A DNA stretch of 64,000 nt, taken from positions 186,001-250,000 of the forward strand of contig JAPMXV010000042.1 of the NCBI GenBank assembly GCA_026936335.1, read 5' to 3'. The notes under the pieces are model-generated. The model saw nothing but the letters and a program-made list of their open reading frames with translations, did no database searches and was not told the DNA's origin. The DNA comes from Mantamonas sphyraenae STR306 (taxonomy: Eukaryota; Protista; CRuMs). Shown one piece after another: positions 36,776 through 46,013 of this stretch. Numbering within the stretch: position 1 is the first letter of the stretch; each line of letters begins with the position of its first letter. The position numbers were made by a program, and so were the translations under genes.

Positions 36776-39242
36776 GGGTAGTGGGGCGACGAAGAAGAAA
36801 GTGGCAGGCCGCCCGAACAGGCAGACGGCGTTGCTCGTGGCTGTGGATCGGAGGAGCAAGGAGGAGATGGTTGAGATTCTGACGCAGAAAATGGATGGAA
36901 AGGAGTTGGGAGATACGTGGAAAAGCGACGTGCAAGAAGCGCTCTTGTTTGGAGCGGCTGCAGACGACGGTGAGCTCGTGCAGCTGGCCCTGGATGCTGG
37001 AGCTGAATTGAACGGCGTCTCGACGGACAAGCCGTCTGTGTTGATGAAGGCGTGCGAGATCGGAAGCGAAGAGCTGGTGGCGATGCTGTTGGCTGCCGGA
37101 GCAGACCGTGAGGTGAAAGATGCACGTGGATGGACCGCGCTGATGTTTGCTGCACGTGGAGGGCATGCTGGGTGCATGAAGTTGATGATTGATGAAATGC
37201 GAGTGGACGGGCTTTCACGGGATGGGGACACGGCCTTGAAGTGTGCAGCAAGGAGTGGGAACGCCGAGTGTGTGCGGTTGCTGTTGGACTATGGCGAGTT
37301 CACAGGGCCCAGTGTAGAAGGGCTGCAAACGCCGATGATGTTGGCAGCCCAAAGAGGACACAAAGAGTGTGTGGAGATCCTCCTGGCGGCTGGATCGTGG
37401 GTGAACTACGTCGACTCTGATGGATGGACCGCATTGCTTGCAGCGGACAGCGGAAATCATCAGCAGATTGTGAGCATGTTGATCGAAGCAGGGGCAAATC
37501 CCAATGTTCGATTCAAAGGCTGGAATCTGCTGTCTCGTGCAGCGGCAGCCGGACACGTGCAGACCTTGCGCGAAGCCGTTGCAGCTGGGGCCAATGTGGA
37601 TGCAAAGAATGCCAACGGGTCCACCGCAATGCACATGGCATGGCTCAGTGGCCAAGTAGAGTGTGCAGAAGTGTTGCGTGCGGGGGGAGCGAGCGCAGAT
37701 GATGCAACGTTCATGATGTTCAGTGCATTAGTCAGTGGCGAAAGTGCTGGTGCATCCTCGCTGAAATCGCTCTCGGATGAGGCGAAGCTGGCCATGGCCT
37801 GTGCCGTTGAACTAGGCAATGTGGCGCTAGTGCGCACTTTGCTGGAACTGGGTGTGGATCCAGACAGCATGCTGAGTGAGGGAGTGAGTGTGTTGACGTG
37901 TGCAGTGGCGCAAAGGGGCGTGAATTCGACGGCAATTGTCAAGTTGCTGTTGGAATCTGGCTCAGACGCACGTCGGGACCCAACGGCGCTTTCATGCGCT
38001 GCGAGGCATGCAACGTCGGATGTCGTGGAGCTGCTACTGGAGCACGGAGCGGATCCATCCGCATGTGATGGTGGTCTGATGGTGCAGTGGATCAAGAGGC
38101 GAGCGGGCGACGAAAAGTGCACTGTTGGGATGCTGCTCGTTGCTGCTGGCGCAGACGTGAGCGACGTGTGTCTGGGAAACGAAGCAATGGGGGTGCGTAT
38201 GGCGGCAACGGCCGTGGCTGTGGCAAAGACTCCTGTTGCGAGGGTGAACTTGAGCAAGCAAGGCAGCACGGAGAGGCTGGAGATCGATCTTGGGGAGCTG
38301 GTAGAAGCCATGGAAGAACGACCGGGAATGCTGGAAGCTGTGGAGCTGGACCATGTGACGATACGAGAACAGAGGAGGGCAATTGAGTTGTTGACAACTC
38401 AGTTGGTTGAACTGAGCATGCGTGACAGCGATGTGGATTCTTTGGGATGGTTCAGCGTGGAAGGGGTCGTGACGGGGCGCAAGATGTCACTGAGGGTGCT
38501 GGACTTGCGCAAGACAGTGATTCCGATGTGGGTGAGGATGCAGATGCGAAGGTTTGTGCTGGAAGAACCTCGCACACGACTGGAGCGCTTCTTGGTTGGC
38601 GCCTGGTTTGAGAGGACAGCGGTGCAGAGCAGCGAGTATGCAACGGTGTCGAGAGAGAATTGGTGCCTGTGTGAGCTTTACACCGGGATCAACGGGTTCA
38701 ACAGCGTGCGAGGAGAGTCTGAAGAGGTGCTGAACCGGAACAGGGAAGCGGTATGGAAAATGCGCGAGGCCGCACGAAACGGGGATTTGGATGGGGTGCG
38801 GGAGGTGGTTGGCTGGGGAGTGGACATTGATTCGCGTGGTGGAGAGTGTCTGAAGAACGGGAGGAAACTGCGGTTGGATATCGGTGACGGTTTGCAAAGG
38901 GATGGGCGTTGGACAGTGCTGGAGATAGGCGTGGAGACCGGGAACGAGGAGCTTGTCGCGTTTGCGCGTGCACGGGGGGCTCGTGCATCAACTTGGGCAG
39001 CGAGGCTGGTGGAAAAGAAGGGCATTGGGTGGAGGCGAGACGTGCATTGGATTGTGTGTGGGAGGGAGGTGGACGAGGAGGTGGAGACGGCCCTGGTGAT
39101 GAACACGGAGGAGCGGGAGCGAATGTTTGATGCCGGGTGCATGGAGGCATACGTGGAGGAGAAGGAAGAGTGTGAAGACTTGTGGTGGACCCTGCCAGAT
39201 GAGGTGATGGAGCATGTTGTGATGTGGATGGGCAGACAATGA
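36195..39242 (+). CDS. Intronless ankyrin-repeat protein B: same constant N-terminus, different core, LRR-like segment, C-terminal F-box-like motif
   Basis: First about 194 aa almost identical to protein A; GWTALMFAARGGH-type Anks; LVELSMRDS and LRVLDLRKT; ends LPDEVMEHVVMWMGRQ. Confidence 0.9.
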   Translation: MSRGNTSVMRACGRWGSVGKMMEVLGEDEVDVNEQEEGTGKTLLMCACEGGRADKVWALCKAGADVEMEDWSGRRAVEYGVEAEAYECVWVLVKCFAGKELEGGKSGQWTRSRVVGSGWRVWEEGEEGREWLRRMCYGGGSERERRVVEWEEGVHFAVGKEEDMCVEMVLLIGEAEGLERECVRRVAEWLTVTKGSGATKKKVAGRPNRQTALLVAVDRRSKEEMVEILTQKMDGKELGDTWKSDVQEALLFGAAADDGELVQLALDAGAELNGVSTDKPSVLMKACEIGSEELVAMLLAAGADREVKDARGWTALMFAARGGHAGCMKLMIDEMRVDGLSRDGDTALKCAARSGNAECVRLLLDYGEFTGPSVEGLQTPMMLAAQRGHKECVEILLAAGSWVNYVDSDGWTALLAADSGNHQQIVSMLIEAGANPNVRFKGWNLLSRAAAAGHVQTLREAVAAGANVDAKNANGSTAMHMAWLSGQVECAEVLRAGGASADDATFMMFSALVSGESAGASSLKSLSDEAKLAMACAVELGNVALVRTLLELGVDPDSMLSEGVSVLTCAVAQRGVNSTAIVKLLLESGSDARRDPTALSCAARHATSDVVELLLEHGADPSACDGGLMVQWIKRRAGDEKCTVGMLLVAAGADVSDVCLGNEAMGVRMAATAVAVAKTPVARVNLSKQGSTERLEIDLGELVEAMEERPGMLEAVELDHVTIREQRRAIELLTTQLVELSMRDSDVDSLGWFSVEGVVTGRKMSLRVLDLRKTVIPMWVRMQMRRFVLEEPRTRLERFLVGAWFERTAVQSSEYATVSRENWCLCELYTGINGFNSVRGESEEVLNRNREAVWKMREAARNGDLDGVREVVGWGVDIDSRGGECLKNGRKLRLDIGDGLQRDGRWTVLEIGVETGNEELVAFARARGARASTWAARLVEKKGIGWRRDVHWIVCGREVDEEVETALVMNTEERERMFDAGCMEAYVEEKEECEDLWWTLPDEVMEHVVMWMGRQ
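39027..39161 (+). repeat. Third, partial copy of the constant 3' block
   Basis: GGGTGGAGGCGAGACGTGCATTGG...GCATACGTGGAGGAGA matches about 35912-36046 closely, then diverges. Confidence 0.9.
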
Positions 39243-39272
39243 AAAACCGATGGTCGCAGCAGCAGGCACGTG

Positions 39273-40499
39273 TCACTCGCGTACCCACCGCCCCACAGAT
39301 GCCTGATCATCACACTGACACCTGCGTACGAACCAGTTTCGCTTCCACTCGTCCTTGGTGGTGTCTGTGACTGGCATGGTTGTCTTGAAATTCTGCAGCT
39401 GCGCGTACTGCCGGAGCACAGCGCCCGTGTAGCAAGGGATGCGGTGTTTGAGCAAGTAATCACGCGCAAACACTTGAGCGTTGCGCACTATCCGCTGAGC
39501 AGCGGCGGGATTGTCGAGGGCCCAGCCGACGCGAGCGTTCAAGTTGGTGGCGTTGGCTGTGAGAGAAAACGGGACATAGTGGGTCCAGGGCTGGAGCATT
39601 GGATAGAAGAACTCCAGGTCGGGACTGTCGACTTTAAAGACGAGGCTGGATCCGCTAAGCTGTGTGCGTAGACGCGTCGAAGCACAGTTGCCGGGCAGGT
39701 GCGCCACAAACGCGTAGTTCTGCTGCTCCAGGGCGGTCAGAGGCGGTTTTCCATGTGGCACATCTGAGAGATCGCCAATGCGGCTTGATCCGCGGTGAGT
39801 GAATCCCACGTCGAGCAAGGGACTGTATGCCCATCGCATGATCCGCTGTCTGGTTTGCTCGTGCGGCCACAGGGCCCCGCGCCACACAAGCTTTGGGAGC
39901 TTGCGGTGCCAAGGAATCCAATGTGAAGGCCCCAAAGTTTGGATGTCGCCATAGGAGATGGGAATGTCCACATAGCCGTTGGTGCGACAGAAACTCAGCA
40001 CAGGTGGTGGCGGTCCCTTTCCGTGGCTGCCTACGTCTCGCGAAACAGGCCAATCACCGGATGAAAGGACAAGATCCAAGTCGGGCAGCCTTGCGCGACG
40101 ATGAACTTGCATGAGCACGTCGAGGAGTTGCTCAACGATGCCCTCGCCGTTGCCAAACTTTCCGCGGGTGAACATTTTCCCGTCCACCACGCGGACACGC
40201 AGGTTTCGGCTGTCAAGAGCTTCTGCAGCGTCAACCATGTCCTTTGTAATCCCGCCGGCGTGGATCCAGGGCCTGAAAAACTCGAGCACAACCGGAGAGG
40301 CCAACTGTTGTGGGTCGCAGTCGTTTGCCACCAGCCAGTCGTCGAGAGAGAGACTCGGTGATGGCTGGGGGTCTGTTGCACAGCGACAGTCCCCTCGTTC
40401 ATCTGCATGTGTTGTTGGTGGGGGCATGTGCACTGTGAGGAGGGCAAGCAGGAACAGAAGGCTGCCAAAGAGGACAGGTGCCCAGTGCCGAAACCTCAT
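39273..40499 (-). CDS. Glycosyltransferase family 90 (CAP10 / POGLUT-KDELC-like), type II membrane protein
   Basis: N-terminal TM, LPDLDLVLSSGDWP, PWHRKLPKLVWRGA, PGNCASTRLRTQLSGSSLVFK, EFFYPMLQPWTHYVP, AQRIVRNAQVFA. Confidence 0.88.
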   Translation of the reverse strand: MRFRHWAPVLFGSLLFLLALLTVHMPPPTTHADERGDCRCATDPQPSPSLSLDDWLVANDCDPQQLASPVVLEFFRPWIHAGGITKDMVDAAEALDSRNLRVRVVDGKMFTRGKFGNGEGIVEQLLDVLMQVHRRARLPDLDLVLSSGDWPVSRDVGSHGKGPPPPVLSFCRTNGYVDIPISYGDIQTLGPSHWIPWHRKLPKLVWRGALWPHEQTRQRIMRWAYSPLLDVGFTHRGSSRIGDLSDVPHGKPPLTALEQQNYAFVAHLPGNCASTRLRTQLSGSSLVFKVDSPDLEFFYPMLQPWTHYVPFSLTANATNLNARVGWALDNPAAAQRIVRNAQVFARDYLLKHRIPCYTGAVLRQYAQLQNFKTTMPVTDTTKDEWKRNWFVRRCQCDDQASVGRWVRE

Positions 40500-40576
40500 T
40501 TCTTCGGCAGCGTTTGTCCTGGATGCGTGGGGGGAGGGATGGGAGGGATGGGACAGTGCAGTTCATTGAATCCAAA

Positions 40577-41468
40577 CTATGTTTCGCCACTGCTCTTGTT
40601 CTTGCGATCCTTGCCCATGGAGCTCATGGTCACCTGCTTGTACGAGTCGGGAACTGGAAAGAGGTCGTCGTTGAGCTGTCGATACGAGTCGTAGTTGGCA
40701 AAGGTGACCTGGGCACTGACGGTGGGGACAATGGGTATGTCCAGGCGCACAGGAAAGCCTGCCTGGTCGCCCGGAAACTTGAGCTCGATGAACCGTTGCA
40801 GGTTCTGAAAGTGGGTGCTGGTGGGCGACAGGATTTCAAACAGGGGCATGACGTCTTCCACTTCCAGTGGAAAGTTTTCGCTCATCCACACGGTGGACTT
40901 GAACGATTTGGTCCACGAGCGCTCGCTGGGTGTGTTCTTTGCCTTTTTCTTTTTGCCGTACCACGTTCTGCCTGAAGACGACGACGACGAAGAGGCTCCA
41001 CCACCCGACTGTGCGTCATCGAATTCGTCGTGGGCATCCACAAACACGTCCCCGTCCTCGTCGACGATAGGATCACCGTCGTTGGCTCCCTCGACGTCTG
41101 CGTGCTCCTGTCCACCCTGCTTCACTTCCGCAAACAGCCGCTCCACCTCTTCAGCGCTCATGTCGCTGTCTCCTTGCATGAGTTGCTCCATGATCTCCAT
41201 GCGCCTCAGCTGCTCCTGCCTCCTTCGTTCCACGGCCTCGCGCTCTTCCTGGCTCATCTGTGCGTCCTCCTGTGCGTCCAGTTGCTCCAACCTCCGGATG
41301 GTCTCCACGTCCATGATGCCTTCACTGCCTTCCACCTCATCCAGCAGCACAAATCCGTCGTCGGTGGTATCGTCCTGGCTGCTTGATCCTTTCAGCGCTG
41401 AACTCGATGCAGATGAGGATGCGGAGAGATGTGATGAAGATGAAGATGAGACTGCAGATGCAGACGCA

Positions 41469-41515
<47 letters not shown>

Positions 41516-42615
41516 CGATGACGAGGATGACGATGCACGTGCACTTTGAGAAGGGGTGGTCTGCGCCTGCTGTTCCGAGGGTGTGCGCATCACAGAGTGC
41601 AACTTGAGACCCTTCATGTCCCAGACGGTGCACTCATACTCGTTGACATACTCCTTCTTGACGCCGCCAAACATGGTGGTACGCTGTGAAAAGGAGGCCT
41701 CACGGGAGTTGACGTCGTTGCGCACGGTGTTGTTGCGCAGCATGGCCTTGCAGTCCTTACGTACGCGGCGCAAACGGCGGCGATTGAGTCCTGCAAAGAC
41801 GTCGGCATAGGTTTGGGCGTCGTGGTCGACGAGGTACAGGCGTGCGGGCCCGCCGTTTGGGCGATCGGCGTCGTCACCGAGAAAGTGGAAGGAGACGTTG
41901 CCCCTGTTCCACTGCATGTTTTCAAAGTTGAGCAGGGTGGTGTCCACACGCACGCGTGCGCCCTTTTTCCACACGCGGTAGGTGTCGTTGGGGCAGAAGC
42001 GCGACACAAGCGGCACCCAGGACTGGAACTCCCAGTTGATGTCCAGGTAAAAGTCAGGCAGATCCTGCAGCTGCTGCACGAGCGCAGGGCTGCGCTCCAC
42101 CCATGCGTTGTACACAGACTGTTCGTAGCGCGCATACACGGGCAGCAGCACGTTCAGGTCACCCGTGTGCACCGCCTCTGCCAGCGCCGTCCACCCTTCT
42201 GCGTTCCGCACCCGCGGCATCGCTCCATACTGCAGCAGTAATGTGATGCTCTCCAAATCTCTGTTCAACACCGCATAGTGTAGCGGCTGCGGGGCGTACA
42301 GCCAGGTGACGTGAGCAAGCAAGCACATGAGCAACAGGCAACAAACTGTGTGAGTGTGTGCTATTGTCCGGTGGCCCGTCGCCTATCCACGACACCTACC
42401 GTCATGCCTGCCTCATCCAATGAATTCACATCCCACTGTGCAGCTTCCTCGGCACTCAGCGTCTGCTTGCCCTCCTCGACGCGGTTGAGCACGCTGCGAC
42501 GCGCAAGCAGCAGTTGCACCAACAGTGTCGTGTCACCATTGTGCGCTGCCTCGTGGATGGGAAAGGCAGATGAGGACAAACTGGAAGCATTGCCATTGCC
42601 ATTGCTGCTGCTCAT
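40577..42615 (-). CDS. ANKRD13: ANKRD13-family protein (Ank repeats + GPCR-chaperone domain)
   Basis: FPIHEAAHNG, GWTALAEAV, LPDFYLDINWEFQSWVPLVSRFCPNDTYRVWKKGARVRVDTTL, VWMSENFPL, GFPVRLDIPIVPTVSAQVTF. Confidence 0.9.
41468..41535. repeat. (GAT)n trinucleotide microsatellite encoding poly-Ser in ANKRD13
   Basis: Long GATGATGAT run; similar poly-Ser, poly-Gly and poly-Asp tracts occur in many genes here. Confidence 0.9.
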
Positions 42616-42705
42616 CCTTCCACGTGTGAGATTCTTGGGGGGCCGTTTTGCTCTGCTCCACCCGCGTCTGCGCTCCCAACTCATGCCACACGGTTCACGT
42701 TGCAA

Positions 42706-43107
42706 ATGGGCAGCGGCCGTGGTGGTGCTGCGTCCCATCTTGTGGGGCTGATGCTGCAGCTGGTCACCCTGGGCACAGCCGTGGTGCTGCTCTCGGGCGT
42801 CTCTGCGTACGTGGTGCGTGGTCCTCCGCCTTTGTACGCCCCACGCAGCGTGTTTGCCTTTCCAGGAATGCCAGTCACAGTCATTCGCTCGCCCATGCAT
42901 CACCTCCAGGCCCCCTCCGAGCTCGTCTTTGTCGCCTTGCTACAGGTGAGCATCCTCGCGGGCGTCGTTCTCTTTGGCGACCATGCCTGGCATCAACAAG
43001 ACAAGTACGACCGTCTCTGGCTCCAAGTCATCGGTCTCATTCTATTTGTGATTTGCACCATCATTTTCCACACCACCTGGACGGTGAAATTCAGTCGACC
43101 GCGCTGA
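42706..43107 (+). CDS. Small multi-pass membrane protein of unknown function (weak TMEM243 resemblance)
   Basis: Three hydrophobic segments; fills the slot divergent from ANKRD13; possible 42-nt in-frame intron 42807-42848. Confidence 0.5.
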   Translation: MGSGRGGAASHLVGLMLQLVTLGTAVVLLSGVSAYVVRGPPPLYAPRSVFAFPGMPVTVIRSPMHHLQAPSELVFVALLQVSILAGVVLFGDHAWHQQDKYDRLWLQVIGLILFVICTIIFHTTWTVKFSRPR

Positions 43108-43210
43108 ATGCACCGAACGCAAACCCCCCCCCGCCACCTCCAATGTACAGTCTCCTCCCTCCTCACTTGCCTCCACGTTTTGCCCATCTTTGCGTTACAT
43201 GCTTTCATCA

Positions 43211-43561
43211 CTACCCTTGTTCCTTGGCAAACGACTCCACGTCCACCGCCAGCTTGTTCTCCAGATCCGGAAAGTTCTTCTTCACTCGATTCTGAGCGTG
43301 TGTGCGTGTGTGTGCGTGTGATGGTGCACGTGAGTGAGCTGCGGCAAGTGAACGGTGGCTGGGTGGAATGCAAGCAAATCAGGTGGGTGGACGTACGAGC
43401 ACGCAGTCGCGGTAGGCGTTGAAGAGATCCTCGCACGGGTTCTCGGTGGCGTTGCCCTTGAGAAAGTCCCCTTTGTACCACAGATTGAAACAAGTTTCGT
43501 ACTCCTCCTTGACGCGGTTGCACCGGCTCCACTTTTTCTTTTCCTTTTCAACCTCACTCAT
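43211..43561 (-). CDS. TRIAP1: TRIAP1/Mdm35 twin-CX9C mitochondrial intermembrane-space protein
   Basis: CNRVKEEYETCFNLWYKGDFLKG...PCEDLFNAYRDCV; intron 43396-43292. Confidence 0.88.
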
Positions 43562-43618
43562 GGACGGTAGCGGTGCCTGCGAACGGGCAGGCAACGTCAT
43601 CCCGCCTCTGCCCATCCC

Positions 43619-44689
43619 ATGTCCAAGCGCAAAGCGGACGTACTTCAACAACAAGCCGACGGGACAGCCGATGCAGACAGCACCGACGATCTCATGGCCC
43701 AGTTTGAGGCCAGCATCCAGCCGTTGGTGTCCAGCAACAGCAACAGCAACAGCACGGAGGAGCCGGCTGCCAAACGAGCCCGTGTCGACAACGACGACGA
43801 GGACGCCGCCGAGGATGGAAACGAGTCCTCATCCGCAGGCAATGGCGCACACAGCAGCCACAATGGCGAGCAAACATCGTTGTCGCTGGAAGAGGAGTTG
43901 AAGCGCAAAGAGGAGGCGCTGATGGCCAAGCTGGCCGCGTTGGAGAGCGCCGATCCCTTGTTGAGCGAGCTGGCGGCGGCCTCGACGAACGATCAGGGCC
44001 CAAAGGAAACGGTGGTCAAATCCGTGACCATTGCCAAGGGTCCACAACGGGTGGCAGAAACATCAACGACGACTGCGGGGGAGTGGGAAGCGGCGACTCC
44101 GGACTTGGGCGGCACAGCCGCGGCGCAGTTTCCGACAGGTCACCATACACAGCATCAGGCCTGGTACGGCAACGGATACCAGGGACACACGGGAGGCACA
44201 CTTGTGCACGGGATGGGAGGCGGCGGCCAAGCGTGGTATGGCGCGGGGCAAGGGCAAGGTGGCTGGGCGGCTGCGGCTGCGGCTGGGTACACCACCGAGG
44301 CAGGACAACAGGCAGAGGAGACGGAGGAGGGCAAAGGTGAAAAGGAGGAAGCGGAGGACGAAGAGGAGGAGGAGGAAACTGTGTATCGCATGTTTGTGGG
44401 TGATTTGGGCAACGACGCAACAGACGAGCTGCTGAACAAGGCGTTTGGCAAGTTTGCGTCTTTCCGCGGCGCCACCGTGGTCATGGACGCATACCGAAAG
44501 AAGCCCAAAGGGTATGGCTTCTTGACATTTGGCAACGCAGACGACTACCTAGCTGCATACCGCGAGTTCAACGGCACCTTTGTCGGGTCGCGGCCTCTCA
44601 AACTGCGACGGGCAAAGGGCAACGAAGGCCGTTCATCCAAGGGCAAACATGACAAACGTGGCAAAAAAGGGCAGAGGAGGAGGCGATGA
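43619..44689 (+). CDS. RBM42: RRM protein, RBM42-like
   Basis: YRMFVGDLGNDATDELLNKAFGKFASF...KPKGYGFLTF...DYLAAYREFNGTFVGSRPLKLRRA. Confidence 0.8.
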   Translation: MSKRKADVLQQQADGTADADSTDDLMAQFEASIQPLVSSNSNSNSTEEPAAKRARVDNDDEDAAEDGNESSSAGNGAHSSHNGEQTSLSLEEELKRKEEALMAKLAALESADPLLSELAAASTNDQGPKETVVKSVTIAKGPQRVAETSTTTAGEWEAATPDLGGTAAAQFPTGHHTQHQAWYGNGYQGHTGGTLVHGMGGGGQAWYGAGQGQGGWAAAAAAGYTTEAGQQAEETEEGKGEKEEAEDEEEEEETVYRMFVGDLGNDATDELLNKAFGKFASFRGATVVMDAYRKKPKGYGFLTFGNADDYLAAYREFNGTFVGSRPLKLRRAKGNEGRSSKGKHDKRGKKGQRRRR

Positions 44690-44901
44690 GATGAGTGATG
44701 AATGTGCAATGGATCAAAGTTGCGTCGGTTCAACAAACGGGCCAAGGAGCCGTCAGAGTGGCGATGAATCGATGTTTGAAGTAGTGAGTGATTCTTTACG
44801 AATGAAAACCATGTCTGCTGCGGTCTCTCTCTGTGTCTGTTTGAGTTCTGGTGATGCGTTCAAACGACCAGGAATTCGCACTCTGGCACCCAACCCAAAG
44901 G

Positions 44902-45941
44902 ATGAGTGTGAGGTTGTTGCTGGTGTTGGCTGTGGCGAGTATTGTGGTGGGCGTGGCCTGGGGAGAAGTGGAAATCCATCGCAAGCGTGAAGGACGGCTG
45001 GACGGGGCCGTGGTTGTCGATCGAGCAACATGCACGTGCGACTGCTGGGACGGCGCATACAAACTGGGCTATTCTCGTGGCCACTACAAGTTTATCTTCT
45101 TCAACATGGAGTTTGAGACGCTGGTGTTGTTCCTGGGCACCTGGGCTTGCCTGTATCTGGTGCAGGTGACCCTGTTTGGTCTCGTCCACCGCCTGTACAC
45201 AGCACCACACACTGTGCGCTGGCCCGCTGCCATTGGCATGCTCAGCACTGCCTGGGGTGGCTTCTATGGCTGGTGGATGTTCTTCAACTACATCAACGAC
45301 CAGTTTTACGGCCTCTTCTGGACACAAATGCTCTTCACCGTCACCGAACTTCTCCAGACCGTCCTCTTTCACCTCGAGGTCGACAACACCCAACACTTCT
45401 CCATGTCTCGCGCATGGCCACGCATCGCCATTGCCTCCTGGCACATTATCCAGGGTGGCCTCAATGAGTGGATTCGGTGCGTTTTCTGCCCGCTGCCCCA
45501 ACTCGCCCAGGCACTCGGGCTCCCCCCGTTTCCATTATGCCCCGCTATCCTCTTTCCCTCCCGTGCACATGTCCATGTTCTCCATTCCATCTGCTGGGTC
45601 GGCCCTTGTTTGTTGTATCCCGCCCTTCCCGACCCTCGACTCGCTGACACTTTGACACTTTGTGTTGATGATCACCCGGGCTTTGCTTCGCTCTTAGCAA
45701 CGTGATGAACTCGGCGAACCCTTGGCACAAAGCCACGCGAGATTACCTGTTTATTGCCACCGATCTCGTCATGATTGCCTGTACTGTTGTCGAGATCAAG
45801 CGCCAGTACGGTCCCAAGCGCCTGCGAGCTATCCGCACACAGCTGTTCATGCGCGTCGGCGCTCTCATCGTCGCCTTTATCGTTGTCTTTAACCTTGTGC
45901 TTGTGCTTCGGCCCCAAGAGTATCGCATGATTGTGCAATGA
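44902..45941 (+). CDS. Uncharacterised multi-pass membrane protein with signal peptide and CTCDCWD motif
   Basis: Signal peptide, ATCTCDCWDGAYK...YKFIFFN, GWWMFFNYINDQFY, WTQMLFTVTEL; one intron about 45477-45698. Confidence 0.7.
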
Positions 45942-46013
45942 GTGAGCAGCATGAAGGCACGCGTGGACGAAAAACAAAAAACACAGAGAAAACCCCTTCG
46001 TGCTCTTCAGCCA

